DNA of 64,000 nucleotides, from the NCBI GenBank assembly GCA_050251055.1, contig JBFWNL010000006.1, positions 5,460-69,459 on the forward strand, read 5' to 3'. The DNA is from Bacteriovoracia bacterium (GTDB lineage: Bacteria; Bdellovibrionota; UBA1018; JBFWNL01). The notes beneath the pieces are model-generated. The model was not told the origin of the DNA and did not search any database. It saw only the letters and a list, made by a program, of their open reading frames with translations. This document shows positions 26,057 through 35,596 of the stretch, piece by piece; within the stretch, counting starts at the first letter, position 1; each line of letters opens with the position of its first letter. Position numbers and translations under genes: made by a program.

Positions 26057-27629
26057 GGCTGGACACCCACTTTCTCCATTCTTCCACCGAGGGAAACACC
26101 AGGGCGGGCACCGACGCGTCGGCCAAGGTCTCGGCGGTTTGTCCGGGGCCGCAGGCGTGGACGGCGTTCTTCGCGCATTTGCTTCGTAGAGCCCTGAACT
26201 GCGAGCCGCTACCCCAAAACACATGCTTCGCTTGGCCGAGGGACGCGATCGCCGCGTCGTTCGCGTGCGTGGTATCCACGTGGTAGGTCGGGATCACGTG
26301 GGAGCCTGGCCAAGCCGTACCCCAGCTGTCGGCCGCGTCGTCGTGCGTGAGGACCACCCAATGCGAGGCCGCGGGCATCGACAACACCGGCTGCTCGAGT
26401 AGCGGGCGCAGGAAATCAAAGCCCATTTGCTCGGCCGAGCCATTGACCCAGTAACCCAGCTCCGCGAGGCGAAACCAGCTCGGGGTGCCAGAGGTAAAAA
26501 AGAAAAGTTCTTCGGGATGTGGCCAAGTAACCGGCCATGGCTGCGGCATCGCGCGCGAGTGGGCGACGAAAACCGCACCGGCTTTCCAGCCGGTGTCCCA
26601 ATGTCGAAGATCCGTTAGGCGGTTTTCGCCCATGGACTTGGCTCGCGCCTGCGTGCCGTCCCAGCTCACCCCCCCAGCCTCCCGCGCGGGTGGCGCCGGC
26701 CAGCGGACTTCGTCGCAGGGCTCTCCGTTGGATTTTTTCCCTTGGATATAAAGGATGTTCCCGAGCCGCGCGTGCGCCACTGCGGAAGCGCCGAAGCGCT
26801 GGTGGCAGCCACCGCCGTATTGCGCGAGTACCGCGCGTTCGCGACTTACTTCCTGCTCGGTGGGGACGTGATGAATCTTCCGCAGCATCGCCCAGGTGGC
26901 GTCGTCGTCCGCCCGGCATTCGATGGCGAGCGCGCCTTGCGCCGGCGCGGTCGGATTCTCCTTCAGCGGCAGCACCATCCAGCGCAAGCCGCGCAGTAAT
27001 TCGGAAAGCTCCCGGCGCCCGGCCTCGTCCGCCCAGAGGCGCGCCAATCCCGCGAGCGCGAGCACCACGCCGTCCAGCGCGCGCGGCGAGCTAGACGGTT
27101 CACGCACGCGCCGTAACCGGGTGTTGACGTTGCCGCGGATCTCTTCGAAAGCTAAAAGCGGCGGCGTCCCCGTCGATCCACCTGTGCTGAAACGAGGAAG
27201 CGCCTGGCGTAAAAACGGCGGGATATTCTCCAATCGCCGCGGGGAAGAAGTGCCGATCTGCAGGGTTTCGCCGGCGCGGAGCTTTTCCATGACCTCGGGG
27301 CGGAACAAAACGATGTCGCGCGAGTTTTCGCGCTGGGGGATCGCGCCCAGCCGAATCGCCGTCGGACGCTCCAAGCTTAGGTCCTTCATGGAGTGCACGG
27401 TGAAGTCGACCTCGCCGCGAGTAAGTGCCTGGTCGAGTTCGGCCACGAAGAACTCCTTGCCCTCAACCTGGCGCAACGGCACGTCGACGATGCGGTCGCC
27501 TTGCGTCTCAATGCCCACGAGTTCCACGGAGGTGGCGGGGTTTGCCCGCTCGATTTCTCTCGCCACCCAGGCGCTTTGCGCCATCGCCAGGAGCGAGCGG
27601 CGGGTACCGAGTTTCAACTTTTTCGTCAT
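26049..27629 (-). CDS. hemC: Hydroxymethylbilane synthase fused to a C-terminal uroporphyrinogen-III synthase-like domain
   Basis: The N-terminal ~330 aa carry the HemC motifs (GTRRSLLAMAQS, GDRIVDVPL, FFVAELDQAL, VHSMKDL, IGTSSPRR, RGNVNTRL, GGCHQRF). The C-terminal ~195 aa show HemD-like patterns (LFFFTSGTPSWF, HACGPGQTAETL), and no separate hemD lies in the operon. Confidence 0.7.
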   Translation of the reverse strand: MTKKLKLGTRRSLLAMAQSAWVAREIERANPATSVELVGIETQGDRIVDVPLRQVEGKEFFVAELDQALTRGEVDFTVHSMKDLSLERPTAIRLGAIPQRENSRDIVLFRPEVMEKLRAGETLQIGTSSPRRLENIPPFLRQALPRFSTGGSTGTPPLLAFEEIRGNVNTRLRRVREPSSSPRALDGVVLALAGLARLWADEAGRRELSELLRGLRWMVLPLKENPTAPAQGALAIECRADDDATWAMLRKIHHVPTEQEVSRERAVLAQYGGGCHQRFGASAVAHARLGNILYIQGKKSNGEPCDEVRWPAPPAREAGGVSWDGTQARAKSMGENRLTDLRHWDTGWKAGAVFVAHSRAMPQPWPVTWPHPEELFFFTSGTPSWFRLAELGYWVNGSAEQMGFDFLRPLLEQPVLSMPAASHWVVLTHDDAADSWGTAWPGSHVIPTYHVDTTHANDAAIASLGQAKHVFWGSGSQFRALRSKCAKNAVHACGPGQTAETLADASVPALVFPSVEEWRKWVSSHE

Positions 27630-27653
27630 TTCTTTACTGTCCTGAGTATCCAG

Positions 27654-28619
27654 TTATCCAAACGCGGCCAGGTCTTCCCAGCCGTGGGGAAGATTAGCCG
27701 AATCGCCGGCCGCCAAGAAGCGCAATTTCGCGCGTTCGGCGCAGGCGGCGAGCGCCTTTTGGACGCGCTGGGACTTCGCCGAGTGCAGTGAGTTTTGCAG
27801 GGCAAACAGATCGTCGATCGAAAGGAAGCGGGTGACGGGCGACCAAACCGCTTTCTCGGCCGCGGCGCAGCCAAGGTGGAGCACCGTGCCCATGAACTCG
27901 CCCAGGCCTTCGGCGCGCGCCTGGTCGGCCTGCGCGTCATGAGGAATGCAGAGCAGGGCATGGCCGCTTTGCTCCCAGCCGTCCTTTTCGTCTTCCACGA
28001 CTGAAACCCTGGCTTGGGGCTGGAGGCTCTTTACTTTCTCCGCCAGCGCGAAGGCTTTATCCAAGCTGCGATTCCAGATCACGAGCTCGTGCTCCAGTAG
28101 ATAGGGCACGACCGAATACGCGATTTTTCCCGCGCCTAGAATAAAAAGTTTGCCCTCGCTCGGCGCGGGCAACGCTTTGCGCACGAGCGTGCCGTAGGAT
28201 CCTCCGCCCAGGCCTTGCAGATGAGTAGAACGAATCTCCTTCGTGTCTTCGAATAGCCGTTGCATGCGCGGGCGCAGATCGGTCAAAACGACGTGTGATT
28301 GGCAGGGAACCGGGCGGGTGTGTATTTTCTCGAATTTCGCCCAGGCTTCCTTGATTTGGCCGAAGATATCGGTTTCGCCGATGACGGCGCTTTCGAGTCC
28401 GCACGCGATGCGCAGCAAGAAATCGTAGGCGGCTTCGCCCTCGAAGAGATCGAAGCCTTCGAAACCCTCCGCGAGCCTGCGTGCGAGCAAAGGGTCGTTG
28501 CCCAGCCAGAAGTAACGCTGGCACGTATCGACGAAAAAAAGCCCGTGCGTGCCTAAATTTAAAGGACGTGCTTCTTGATTCTTGCGATAATGGAGAAGCA
28601 CGAACTTGGAATCAGCCAT
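27654..28619 (-). CDS. hemA: Glutamyl-tRNA reductase (short form)
   Basis: DTCQRYFW corresponds to the catalytic TCNRxE Cys motif. GAGKIAYSVVPYL is the NADPH-binding Rossmann motif. The N-terminus aligns to E. coli HemA from the MADSKFVLL start. The protein is about 320 aa against the usual ~420, which means the C-terminal dimerisation helix region is missing. Confidence 0.7.
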   Translation of the reverse strand: MADSKFVLLHYRKNQEARPLNLGTHGLFFVDTCQRYFWLGNDPLLARRLAEGFEGFDLFEGEAAYDFLLRIACGLESAVIGETDIFGQIKEAWAKFEKIHTRPVPCQSHVVLTDLRPRMQRLFEDTKEIRSTHLQGLGGGSYGTLVRKALPAPSEGKLFILGAGKIAYSVVPYLLEHELVIWNRSLDKAFALAEKVKSLQPQARVSVVEDEKDGWEQSGHALLCIPHDAQADQARAEGLGEFMGTVLHLGCAAAEKAVWSPVTRFLSIDDLFALQNSLHSAKSQRVQKALAACAERAKLRFLAAGDSANLPHGWEDLAAFG

Positions 28620-28673
28620 GCTCTTAGTGTACGTAATCCAGGTTTTCATTTGTCACCCAAAAGTCACCGCGCC

Positions 28674-29417
28674 ATGAATGACAACATATTGAAATTAAAA
28701 AGAATTTTAGCTTACACCGACGGCTCCGCCCTCGGAAATCCCGGTCCCGGGGGGTGGGGCGTGCTTTGCGTGTTGCCGACGGGCGAGGTGATCGAGCGCG
28801 GGGGATCTGAGCGCATCACCACGAACAACCGGATGGAGCTAAAGGCGGCGATCGAGACGTTGATCGCGGTGGCCGAAGTTCCCGGTCCGGTGGAGATCCT
28901 CACCGATTCAAAATACCTGATTGAGGGTTCCACGCGCTGGATTTTTTCGTGGCGTAGGCGCGGGTGGAAAACGATGGAAGGCCAGCCGGTGGCTAACCGG
29001 GAATTGTGGGAGCAGCTGGGCGAGCTGATCGCCGGCCGCACCGCGGGGCTCACCTGGACGCACGTCGATGCCCACCGCGGCGTGCCCGGCAACGAGCGCG
29101 TGGATCAAATCGCGCAAGGCTTCGCGGCGGACAATCACGTGGATCTCTATGCGGGACCGCTCGAGAACTATTCGATCACCCTCGATGACTTATTGAACAC
29201 CGATCCCCGTCTGCTCAAAAAAACCACGGGCGGATCGAAGAACAAAGGACCGGGTTTCTCGTACCTGAGCCTGGTCGATGGTAAGGTCATGCGCCATGCG
29301 ACGTGGCCCGAATGCGAAGCGCGCGTGAAGGGACGCTCGGGGGCCAAGTACAAAAAGGCGATGTCGCCGGCCGACGAACAGGAAATCCTGAAGGCCTGGG
29401 GCGTCTCGCTTGCCTGA
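28674..29417 (+). CDS. rnhA: Ribonuclease HI with a C-terminal hybrid-binding-domain (HBD / Cauli_VI)-like extension
   Basis: The N-terminal ~150 aa are RNase HI (YTDGSALGNPGPGGWG...TDSKY...HVDAHRG). The C-terminal ATWPECEARVKGRSGAKYKKAMSPADEQEILKAW matches the eukaryotic RNase H1 HBD consensus TW.EC...V.G..GA.FKKF.T..EA. Confidence 0.75.
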   Translation: MNDNILKLKRILAYTDGSALGNPGPGGWGVLCVLPTGEVIERGGSERITTNNRMELKAAIETLIAVAEVPGPVEILTDSKYLIEGSTRWIFSWRRRGWKTMEGQPVANRELWEQLGELIAGRTAGLTWTHVDAHRGVPGNERVDQIAQGFAADNHVDLYAGPLENYSITLDDLLNTDPRLLKKTTGGSKNKGPGFSYLSLVDGKVMRHATWPECEARVKGRSGAKYKKAMSPADEQEILKAWGVSLA

Positions 29418-30330
29418 GCCGATTCTCGCGCCGGCCCACCAAAAACCGTTGAAAGAAGCCGAAAATGCGTGGCGTGCGTTCGGCTGGATGCTGCTCAGCT
29501 GCCTGCTGTTCACGGGCATGACGATCGTGGTGAAGGTCATGCCCACGGGCCTGCCCATCTTCGAAATGGTTTTCTTCCGCCAGCTCATCAGCTTCGCGAT
29601 CGTGTTTCCCCTGGCCTGGCGAAAGCGCCCCGACTTTTTCCCCGCTACCGGGAAATCTATTTTATTCATGCGCGGCCTCGCGGGCTTTGTTGGGTTGGCT
29701 TGCTTCTTCTTCACCATCCGCCAGTTGCCACTTGCGGCCGCGAACATGTTCGTGCAGCTCGCCCCGCTCTTCGTGCTGATCTTGTCCGTGATTTTCCTCC
29801 AGGAAAAAATCCGCGCGCAGATCTGGCTTTGGTTTTTTCTGGCGTTCCTGGGTTTGTGCCTGGTGCTCGGCATCGACTTTGGCACTGGCTCGATGCATTG
29901 GCCTTGGCTACCGGTCATCGTGGGAACTTTGGGCTCTTGCTTTTCGGCGGGCGCGTATCTCGCCGTGCGCGCGGCCACCGCGCGTTTCAGTAACTCGCTC
30001 ATTCTGACTTACTTCTCCGTGACGGGCGCGGTCCTCGCCGTTCCTCCGATGCTCTGGTACGGATACCGGGTTCCGAGCGCCGCGCAATGGGCGGGCTTGT
30101 TTGGGATCGGCGTCTTCGCCACGCTCGCGCAGCTGGCGATGACCGAGGCCTATCGCCATGCCCGGGCCTCAAGAGTGGCGCCCATGGGTTTGATGAGTGT
30201 GGTTGTTTCTTCGATAGTTGGGTGGCTTACTTTCCAAGAAGTATTGAATACGGCGCAATGGGTCGGCCTTGGGCTCATCGTGCTCGGGGTGAGCGAGGTA
30301 GCGGCCCAGGGAAGTAAGAAAACTAAATAA
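29410..30330 (+). CDS. DMT superfamily (EamA-type) transporter
   Basis: It has ten predicted TM helices and a duplicated EamA pattern in 306 aa, and overlaps the rnhA stop. Confidence 0.7.
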   Translation: MPEPILAPAHQKPLKEAENAWRAFGWMLLSCLLFTGMTIVVKVMPTGLPIFEMVFFRQLISFAIVFPLAWRKRPDFFPATGKSILFMRGLAGFVGLACFFFTIRQLPLAAANMFVQLAPLFVLILSVIFLQEKIRAQIWLWFFLAFLGLCLVLGIDFGTGSMHWPWLPVIVGTLGSCFSAGAYLAVRAATARFSNSLILTYFSVTGAVLAVPPMLWYGYRVPSAAQWAGLFGIGVFATLAQLAMTEAYRHARASRVAPMGLMSVVVSSIVGWLTFQEVLNTAQWVGLGLIVLGVSEVAAQGSKKTK

Positions 30331-30432
30331 TTTCAATTCATTATAAACATAACGCGTAACATTATAATCAGTTATTTGGCGTGATTCTAAACTTATTCTG
30401 AAACCCGCGTTAACTTGCGGTATTAAAAGGGG
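30331..30432. promoter_or_regulatory. Markedly AT-rich intergenic leader upstream of the GAF gene
   Basis: The stretch taatttcaattcattataaacataacgcgtaacattataatcagttatttggcgtgattctaaacttattctg is about 30% GC within a ~60% GC genome, and an AT tract this strong is unusual here. Confidence 0.35.
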
Positions 30433-30888
30433 ATGCTTCAAACGGGTTTGAATCCGGCCACGCCAGTTTGGGTGGACCCTGGGAAGGGTGTCCTTCGCTC
30501 CGCCGTGGAGTTCCTTGCTTCGTCATTTCCTCGTTTCAACTGGGTGGGCGTCTACGTTTTGAAGGGTGACGTTCTGGAACTCGGACCGTTCGTGGGCGAG
30601 CCCTCCCCGCACACCCGGATCCAGGTGGGCGTGGGTGTCTGCGGGACGGCCGTGGCCGAAAACGCGGATCAGAACGTGCCAGATGTTCGGGAGCGGAAGA
30701 ACTACCTCGCTTGTAGCCTGACGACGCGGTCGGAGCTCGTGGTGCTCGTCCGGGACCGGGCGGGAAAAATTTTAGGTCAGATCGATATCGACAGCTACAC
30801 GGTCAACGCTTTCGGTTCCCGCGAGGAATCGGTCGTGCGTGAAGTCGCCCAATACCTGGGCGGAGTTTGGCCCGAATCATTGGCGTAG
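30433..30888 (+). CDS. GAF-domain protein, free methionine-(R)-sulfoxide reductase (fRMsr/MsrC, YebR-like) family
   Basis: GVCGTAVAEN...DV...KNYLACS...SELVV...GQIDIDSY matches the fRMsr pattern, including the conserved Cys pair. It is 151 aa. Confidence 0.65.
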   Translation: MLQTGLNPATPVWVDPGKGVLRSAVEFLASSFPRFNWVGVYVLKGDVLELGPFVGEPSPHTRIQVGVGVCGTAVAENADQNVPDVRERKNYLACSLTTRSELVVLVRDRAGKILGQIDIDSYTVNAFGSREESVVREVAQYLGGVWPESLA

Positions 30889-30899
30889 AGGGGATTAAG

Positions 30900-31478
30900 A
30901 TGGAGAGAGTACGGAAGTCGAAAGCGAAGCCCACGTTGGAATCTATCTTCTTCGTGACCCCCGAACAGCGTCTCCTGCGCTTCCTCGTGTCGGAGTCCAC
31001 GAGCTCCTTCACGCCGCGCGTGCTTTCCTCCAAGCTCAAGGGCGTGCGTGGTCTGGGTGGCGCCGACGGCATCTCCCGCATCTTGAAGCTTTTGCAGGAA
31101 GTCGGCATGGTTTCGTTCGTGAACAACAACCAGGCCGTGATGTGCCAGAACGACAGCGTCTACATCCGGGCGCTTAAAACTTTTTCCGCGCTATGCGATC
31201 TCGAGGGGTTGCAGCTGCAGCTCGAGCCGCTGTCCACGAAGGGCGTGCTCTACGGCAGTCGCGCCAATGGTACCTCCCGCACCGATAGCAATTACGATCT
31301 CTTCATTGTGACCGACACCCCGGACGAAGTGACCCGGATCGTGGAAGGCCATCCGCTCGGCAAGCGGCTGGGCCTCGAGACCATGACTCTCGACGATTAC
31401 CTGCAGATCGAATCGAAGCAGCCTGAGTTCGCCAAGAAGCTCGCCAAGGGCATCGTCATGTGGGGGTCGAGCTGGTGA
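30900..31478 (+). CDS. wHTH plus minimal nucleotidyltransferase (MNT/Pol-beta superfamily) domain protein
   Basis: The N-terminal ~90 aa are helix-turn-helix-like. The C-terminal [23 protein letters not shown] matches the hG[GS]-x9-13-Dh[DE]h nucleotidyltransferase signature with a third Asp. It starts 12 bp after the GAF gene. Confidence 0.5.
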   Translation: MERVRKSKAKPTLESIFFVTPEQRLLRFLVSESTSSFTPRVLSSKLKGVRGLGGADGISRILKLLQEVGMVSFVNNNQAVMCQNDSVYIRALKTFSALCDLEGLQLQLEPLSTKGVLYGSRANGTSRTDSNYDLFIVTDTPDEVTRIVEGHPLGKRLGLETMTLDDYLQIESKQPEFAKKLAKGIVMWGSSW

Positions 31479-34315
31479 GCGGACCCGGGAAGGAGGGCGC
31501 GGGCGCGCCCGACTACAAAGACACCTTGAACTTGCCCGTCACCGACTTCGCCATGCGGGCTTCGCTTCCGCAGCGCGAGCCGGAGCAGGTCGCGCGCTGG
31601 CTGCAAGATCGCGTTTATCAGCGCATGGTGGAGAAAAACCGCAAATCGGGCAAGGGACGTTTCATTCTGCACGACGGCCCCCCTTACGCGAACGGCGACA
31701 TCCACATCGGCCACGCGCTCAATAAGATTCTCAAGGACATCGTCGTTAAATACAAAAACATGTGCGGCTTTGAGGCCCCCTACGTGCCGGGCTGGGACTG
31801 TCACGGTTTGCCGATTGAGCTGGGTGCCGAAAAAATCCTGAAGGATCAAAAACGCGAAAAAAGCACCGTGCCGGTGGTGGAACTGCGCCAGATTTGCCGC
31901 GATTACGCGAAGAAATACATCGGCATCCAGATGGAGCAGTTCAAGCGGCTGGAAATCTTCGGCGACTGGGAAAATCGTTACGCGACCATGGATGACTCGT
32001 ATGTCGCGTCGATCCTGCGCGAGCTCGGTCGCTGCGCGAAGGCGGGCGTGCTGTATAAGGGCAACAAGCCGGTGCACTGGTGCCCCTCCTGCGGCACCGC
32101 GCTCGCGGAGGCCGAGATCGAGTACGCGGACAAGAAAAGCCCTTCGATTTACGTGAAATTTGATCTGGAACCCGCCGCGATCGCGGCCGTGCCGGAGCTG
32201 GCCGCGGCCGTGAAAAAGCACGCGCCGAAGCGTACGGCGATGCTTATCTGGACGACGACTCCCTGGACGCTACCCGCGAACTTAGGCATCTCGCTGCATC
32301 CTGATTTTGAATACACCGCCGTCAAGACGAGCGACGGCGAGCTATGGGTATTGGCCGAAGGCCTCGTCGAAGGATTCTCGAAGGCCGTGGGCCGGGAGGG
32401 GCAGCTTGAGGTGGTGGCGAAGTTCGCCTCGACGCAGCTTGAGCGCCAAAACGCCCGCCACCCCTTCATCGATCGACCGTCGCTCATCATGCTCGGTACG
32501 CACGTGACTTTGGAAGCGGGCACGGGCGCCGTGCACACGGCCCCGGGCCACGGCGTGGACGATTACAAAATCGGCCTGCGTTACGGTCTTCCGATCGTCG
32601 CGCCGGTGAACGGCAAGGGTTGTTACACGGCTGATTTCGCGCCCATGCAGAGTCAGTTCGTATTCAAGGCGAACGAACCCATTGTTAACCTGCTGCGCGA
32701 GTCGGGTCACCTCGTCGGCCATCAAGACATCCAGCACAGCTATCCGCATTGCTGGCGCTGCCACAATCCCGTGATCTTCCGCGCGACTCCCCAATGGTTC
32801 ATCGGCATGGATCAACGCCCGGGCATCTCGCGCGATCTACGCAAAGAGGCGGTGCAAGGGATCCATCAAGTTAAGTGGGTGCCGGCTTGGGGTATTAACC
32901 GGATTTTAGGGATGGTCGAAGGACGCCCGGACTGGTGCATCTCGCGTCAGCGCGCCTGGGGCGTACCGATCACCGTGTTTTACTGCGCGAGCTGCGAGGA
33001 GCCGGCCGCCGGGCAGGAAGTTTTCGATCACGTCGCGGGATTGGTGGAAGCGCAGGGCGCGGACGTCTGGTTCAAGGAATCCGCGGAAAAGCTGCATCCC
33101 TCGGGACTGACGTGCGGCAAATGCGCGGGCACGAAGTTCACCAAGGAGACGGACATCCTGGATGTCTGGTTTGATTCGGGCGTGAGCCACGCCGCGGTTT
33201 GCGAAGAGCGCGAGCTGGGCTGGCCGGCGGATCTGTATCTCGAAGGAAGCGATCAGCATCGCGGTTGGTTCCAGACGTCGCTGCTTACCGCGGTCGCCAC
33301 GCGGCGCGAACCGCCGTTCAAGGCCGTGCTCACCCACGGTTTCGTGAACGATGCCCAGGGCAAGAAAATGTCCAAGTCCAAGGGTAACGTCACCTCGCCG
33401 CTGGATTTGATGAAGACCCACGGTGCGGACGTGCTGCGCCTTTGGGTGGGCTTGGAAGATTATCGCAATGATCTGAGCTTTTCGAAGGAAAGCTTGGAGC
33501 GCGTTTCGGAAAGCTACCGCAAGATCCGCAATACCGTGCGCTTCCTGCTCGGAAATCTCAATGACTTCGATCCTGCGAAGGACGCGGTTCCACGCGAGAA
33601 AATGGGCGAACTCGACCGCTGGGCGCTCTCGCGCACGGCCCACGTCATGAACCGCGTGACCCAGGCATACGACGACTACGAGTTCCATACGGTTTACCAC
33701 CAGGTCGTGAACCTCTGCGCGGTGGATCTCTCGGCGGTTTATTTCGACATCTTGAAGGATCGTCTGTATACCGCCGGCAAAAAATCAGCCGAACGTCGCT
33801 CTTCGCAGACCGCGATGTTCCATGTCTTGAGCGCGCTCCTGCGCGGCTTGGCCCCGATCCTGTCGTTCACCTCGGAAGAGGCCTGGCAGATGATCCCGGG
33901 CCTTCCGCGGGAGTCCATTTTTCTGCAACCCTTTCCGCGGGACACGCAAGGCTTGGCGGATTGGCTCGATGAGAAGGTCGAAGCCGCGTTCGCCCCGGTT
34001 TGGGAAACGCGCGAGATCGTGATGAAAGCTTTGGAAGAGGCCCGCGCGCAGAAGGTCATCGGTCACCCGCGCGAAGCCCACGTCGTGCTCACCGTGCCGG
34101 CCGACACGCAGACCAAACTCAATGGCGTGCGGGAAGACCTCTCGCGCTTGTTCCTGGTTAGCCAGTTTACGCTCCAGGCCGGTTCCGCCGTGAAGGTCGA
34201 GATCAAGACCGCGACCGGCGAGAAATGCGCGCGTTGCTGGGTTTACAAACCCGAAGTAGGGAAAGATTCCCGGCACCCCGCGCTCTGCGCGCGCTGCGTG
34301 GAGGCCGTCGGGTGA
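31460..34315 (+). CDS. ileS: Isoleucine--tRNA ligase
   Basis: It has the class I HIGH ([15 protein letters not shown]) and KMSKS motifs, the C-terminal Zn-finger cysteines, and is 951 aa. Confidence 0.95.
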   Translation: MGVELVSGPGKEGAGAPDYKDTLNLPVTDFAMRASLPQREPEQVARWLQDRVYQRMVEKNRKSGKGRFILHDGPPYANGDIHIGHALNKILKDIVVKYKNMCGFEAPYVPGWDCHGLPIELGAEKILKDQKREKSTVPVVELRQICRDYAKKYIGIQMEQFKRLEIFGDWENRYATMDDSYVASILRELGRCAKAGVLYKGNKPVHWCPSCGTALAEAEIEYADKKSPSIYVKFDLEPAAIAAVPELAAAVKKHAPKRTAMLIWTTTPWTLPANLGISLHPDFEYTAVKTSDGELWVLAEGLVEGFSKAVGREGQLEVVAKFASTQLERQNARHPFIDRPSLIMLGTHVTLEAGTGAVHTAPGHGVDDYKIGLRYGLPIVAPVNGKGCYTADFAPMQSQFVFKANEPIVNLLRESGHLVGHQDIQHSYPHCWRCHNPVIFRATPQWFIGMDQRPGISRDLRKEAVQGIHQVKWVPAWGINRILGMVEGRPDWCISRQRAWGVPITVFYCASCEEPAAGQEVFDHVAGLVEAQGADVWFKESAEKLHPSGLTCGKCAGTKFTKETDILDVWFDSGVSHAAVCEERELGWPADLYLEGSDQHRGWFQTSLLTAVATRREPPFKAVLTHGFVNDAQGKKMSKSKGNVTSPLDLMKTHGADVLRLWVGLEDYRNDLSFSKESLERVSESYRKIRNTVRFLLGNLNDFDPAKDAVPREKMGELDRWALSRTAHVMNRVTQAYDDYEFHTVYHQVVNLCAVDLSAVYFDILKDRLYTAGKKSAERRSSQTAMFHVLSALLRGLAPILSFTSEEAWQMIPGLPRESIFLQPFPRDTQGLADWLDEKVEAAFAPVWETREIVMKALEEARAQKVIGHPREAHVVLTVPADTQTKLNGVREDLSRLFLVSQFTLQAGSAVKVEIKTATGEKCARCWVYKPEVGKDSRHPALCARCVEAVG

Positions 34316-34827
34316 GAAAGTGGAAGGTCTTGGTGGGCCTTACCCTGGGCGTACTCGTTTTGGATCAAATCACCAAGTGGTTGGTGATGGTCAACTTTCG
34401 GCTACATGAAACCCGTCCTATCATCGAAGGATACTTCAATCTGACTTACATTCGGAACACGGGCGCCGCTTTCGGGATCTTCGCTAACGCCGATCCCGCC
34501 TTTCGCGTGCCCTTTTTCTTGATCATCCCGCTAGCCGCGCTGGCGGTGATCGCCCTGGTATTCCGGCGCCTTCCACCGGAGAACGTCGGCGTGGCCTCGG
34601 CGCTGTCGCTCGTGATCGGAGGAGCTGTCGGAAACCTGATCGACCGGGTTCGGTTTGGCTCGGTCGTCGATTTCCTGGATTTTCACTGGCAGTATGTGAA
34701 GCATTTTCCGGCGTTTAACGTCGCGGATATGGCGATTTGCGTCGGCGTCGGCATCCTGATGGTGGATTTACTTTTCAATAAAGAGCATACTGAAAGCAAG
34801 GAAGCCCATGTATCCAATTTTATTTAG
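34312..34827 (+). CDS. lspA: Lipoprotein signal peptidase (signal peptidase II)
   Basis: It has [16 protein letters not shown] and [11 protein letters not shown] chose a GTG start overlapping the ileS stop (GTGA); the upstream extension of the ORF is Arg-rich and unlikely to be translated. Confidence 0.8.
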   Translation: MRKWKVLVGLTLGVLVLDQITKWLVMVNFRLHETRPIIEGYFNLTYIRNTGAAFGIFANADPAFRVPFFLIIPLAALAVIALVFRRLPPENVGVASALSLVIGGAVGNLIDRVRFGSVVDFLDFHWQYVKHFPAFNVADMAICVGVGILMVDLLFNKEHTESKEAHVSNFI

Positions 34828-35596
34828 CATCGGATCCTTCTCCGTCCATACCTACGGCGTATTCGCCGCCATCGGCTTCTTAGCCGGGGTGGCCGTCGTG
34901 AAGTATATGTCGCGCGAGCTGAAGCTCGACGTCGAGACCATGGTCGATTTCACGTTCTGGAACATGCTCTTGGGCTTCGTGGGCGCCCGCATCCTATTTG
35001 TGTTCACGCGTCTCGAGTATTTCATGGGCGATCCGCTCGCCATCTTCCGGATTTGGGAAGGCGGGCTCGTGTTCTACGGCGGGCTGATCCTCGATATCGC
35101 GTTTTCATTCTGGTATACGAAAAAGAAAAATATCTCGATGTGGACCGCGCTCGACGTTATGACGCCGGCTCTGGCGATCGCGCACATGTTTGGCCGCTTC
35201 GGGTGTTTCAGCGCGGGTTGCTGCTATGGCCGTCCCACCGACTCCATTTTCGGCGTGCGTTTTAACTCGGAGCTGGTTGACGTCTCCCTGCGCGGGGTTC
35301 CGTTGCATCCGACTCAGCTCTACGAAGCGTTCGCGCTCTTCGTCGTTTTCCTGGGCCTGATGTGGGTTTTCAAGCGCCGCCGATTCGTGGGGCAGGTGGG
35401 CTTGACCTATATGATCGTTTACCCGATCGTTCGTATCTGCGTGGAGTATTTCCGCGGCGACCAGATCCGCGGGTTCGTCATCCAGGACTATCTTTCCACC
35501 AGCCAGTTCATTTCCGTGATCTTAGTTTCGATCGCGATCGTGGTTTTCATCCGCCGCGCCGGCTCGGCGATGCGCGCTTCGGGAAGGCCCGCTTAA
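34808..35596 (+). CDS. lgt: Prolipoprotein diacylglyceryl transferase
   Basis: It has the Lgt N-terminus (YGVFAAIGFLAG), the motif WEGGLVFYGGLI, and is 262 aa. Confidence 0.85.
   Translation: MYPILFSIGSFSVHTYGVFAAIGFLAGVAVVKYMSRELKLDVETMVDFTFWNMLLGFVGARILFVFTRLEYFMGDPLAIFRIWEGGLVFYGGLILDIAFSFWYTKKKNISMWTALDVMTPALAIAHMFGRFGCFSAGCCYGRPTDSIFGVRFNSELVDVSLRGVPLHPTQLYEAFALFVVFLGLMWVFKRRRFVGQVGLTYMIVYPIVRICVEYFRGDQIRGFVIQDYLSTSQFISVILVSIAIVVFIRRAGSAMRASGRPA

Noticed and set aside
26416-27645. Multiple overlapping 160-250 aa ORFs on both strands within hemC-hemD (e.g. 26537..27094+, 26896..27645+)
   Set aside because: These are Arg/Ala/Pro/Ser-rich shadow ORFs. The HemC frame carries diagnostic motifs throughout.
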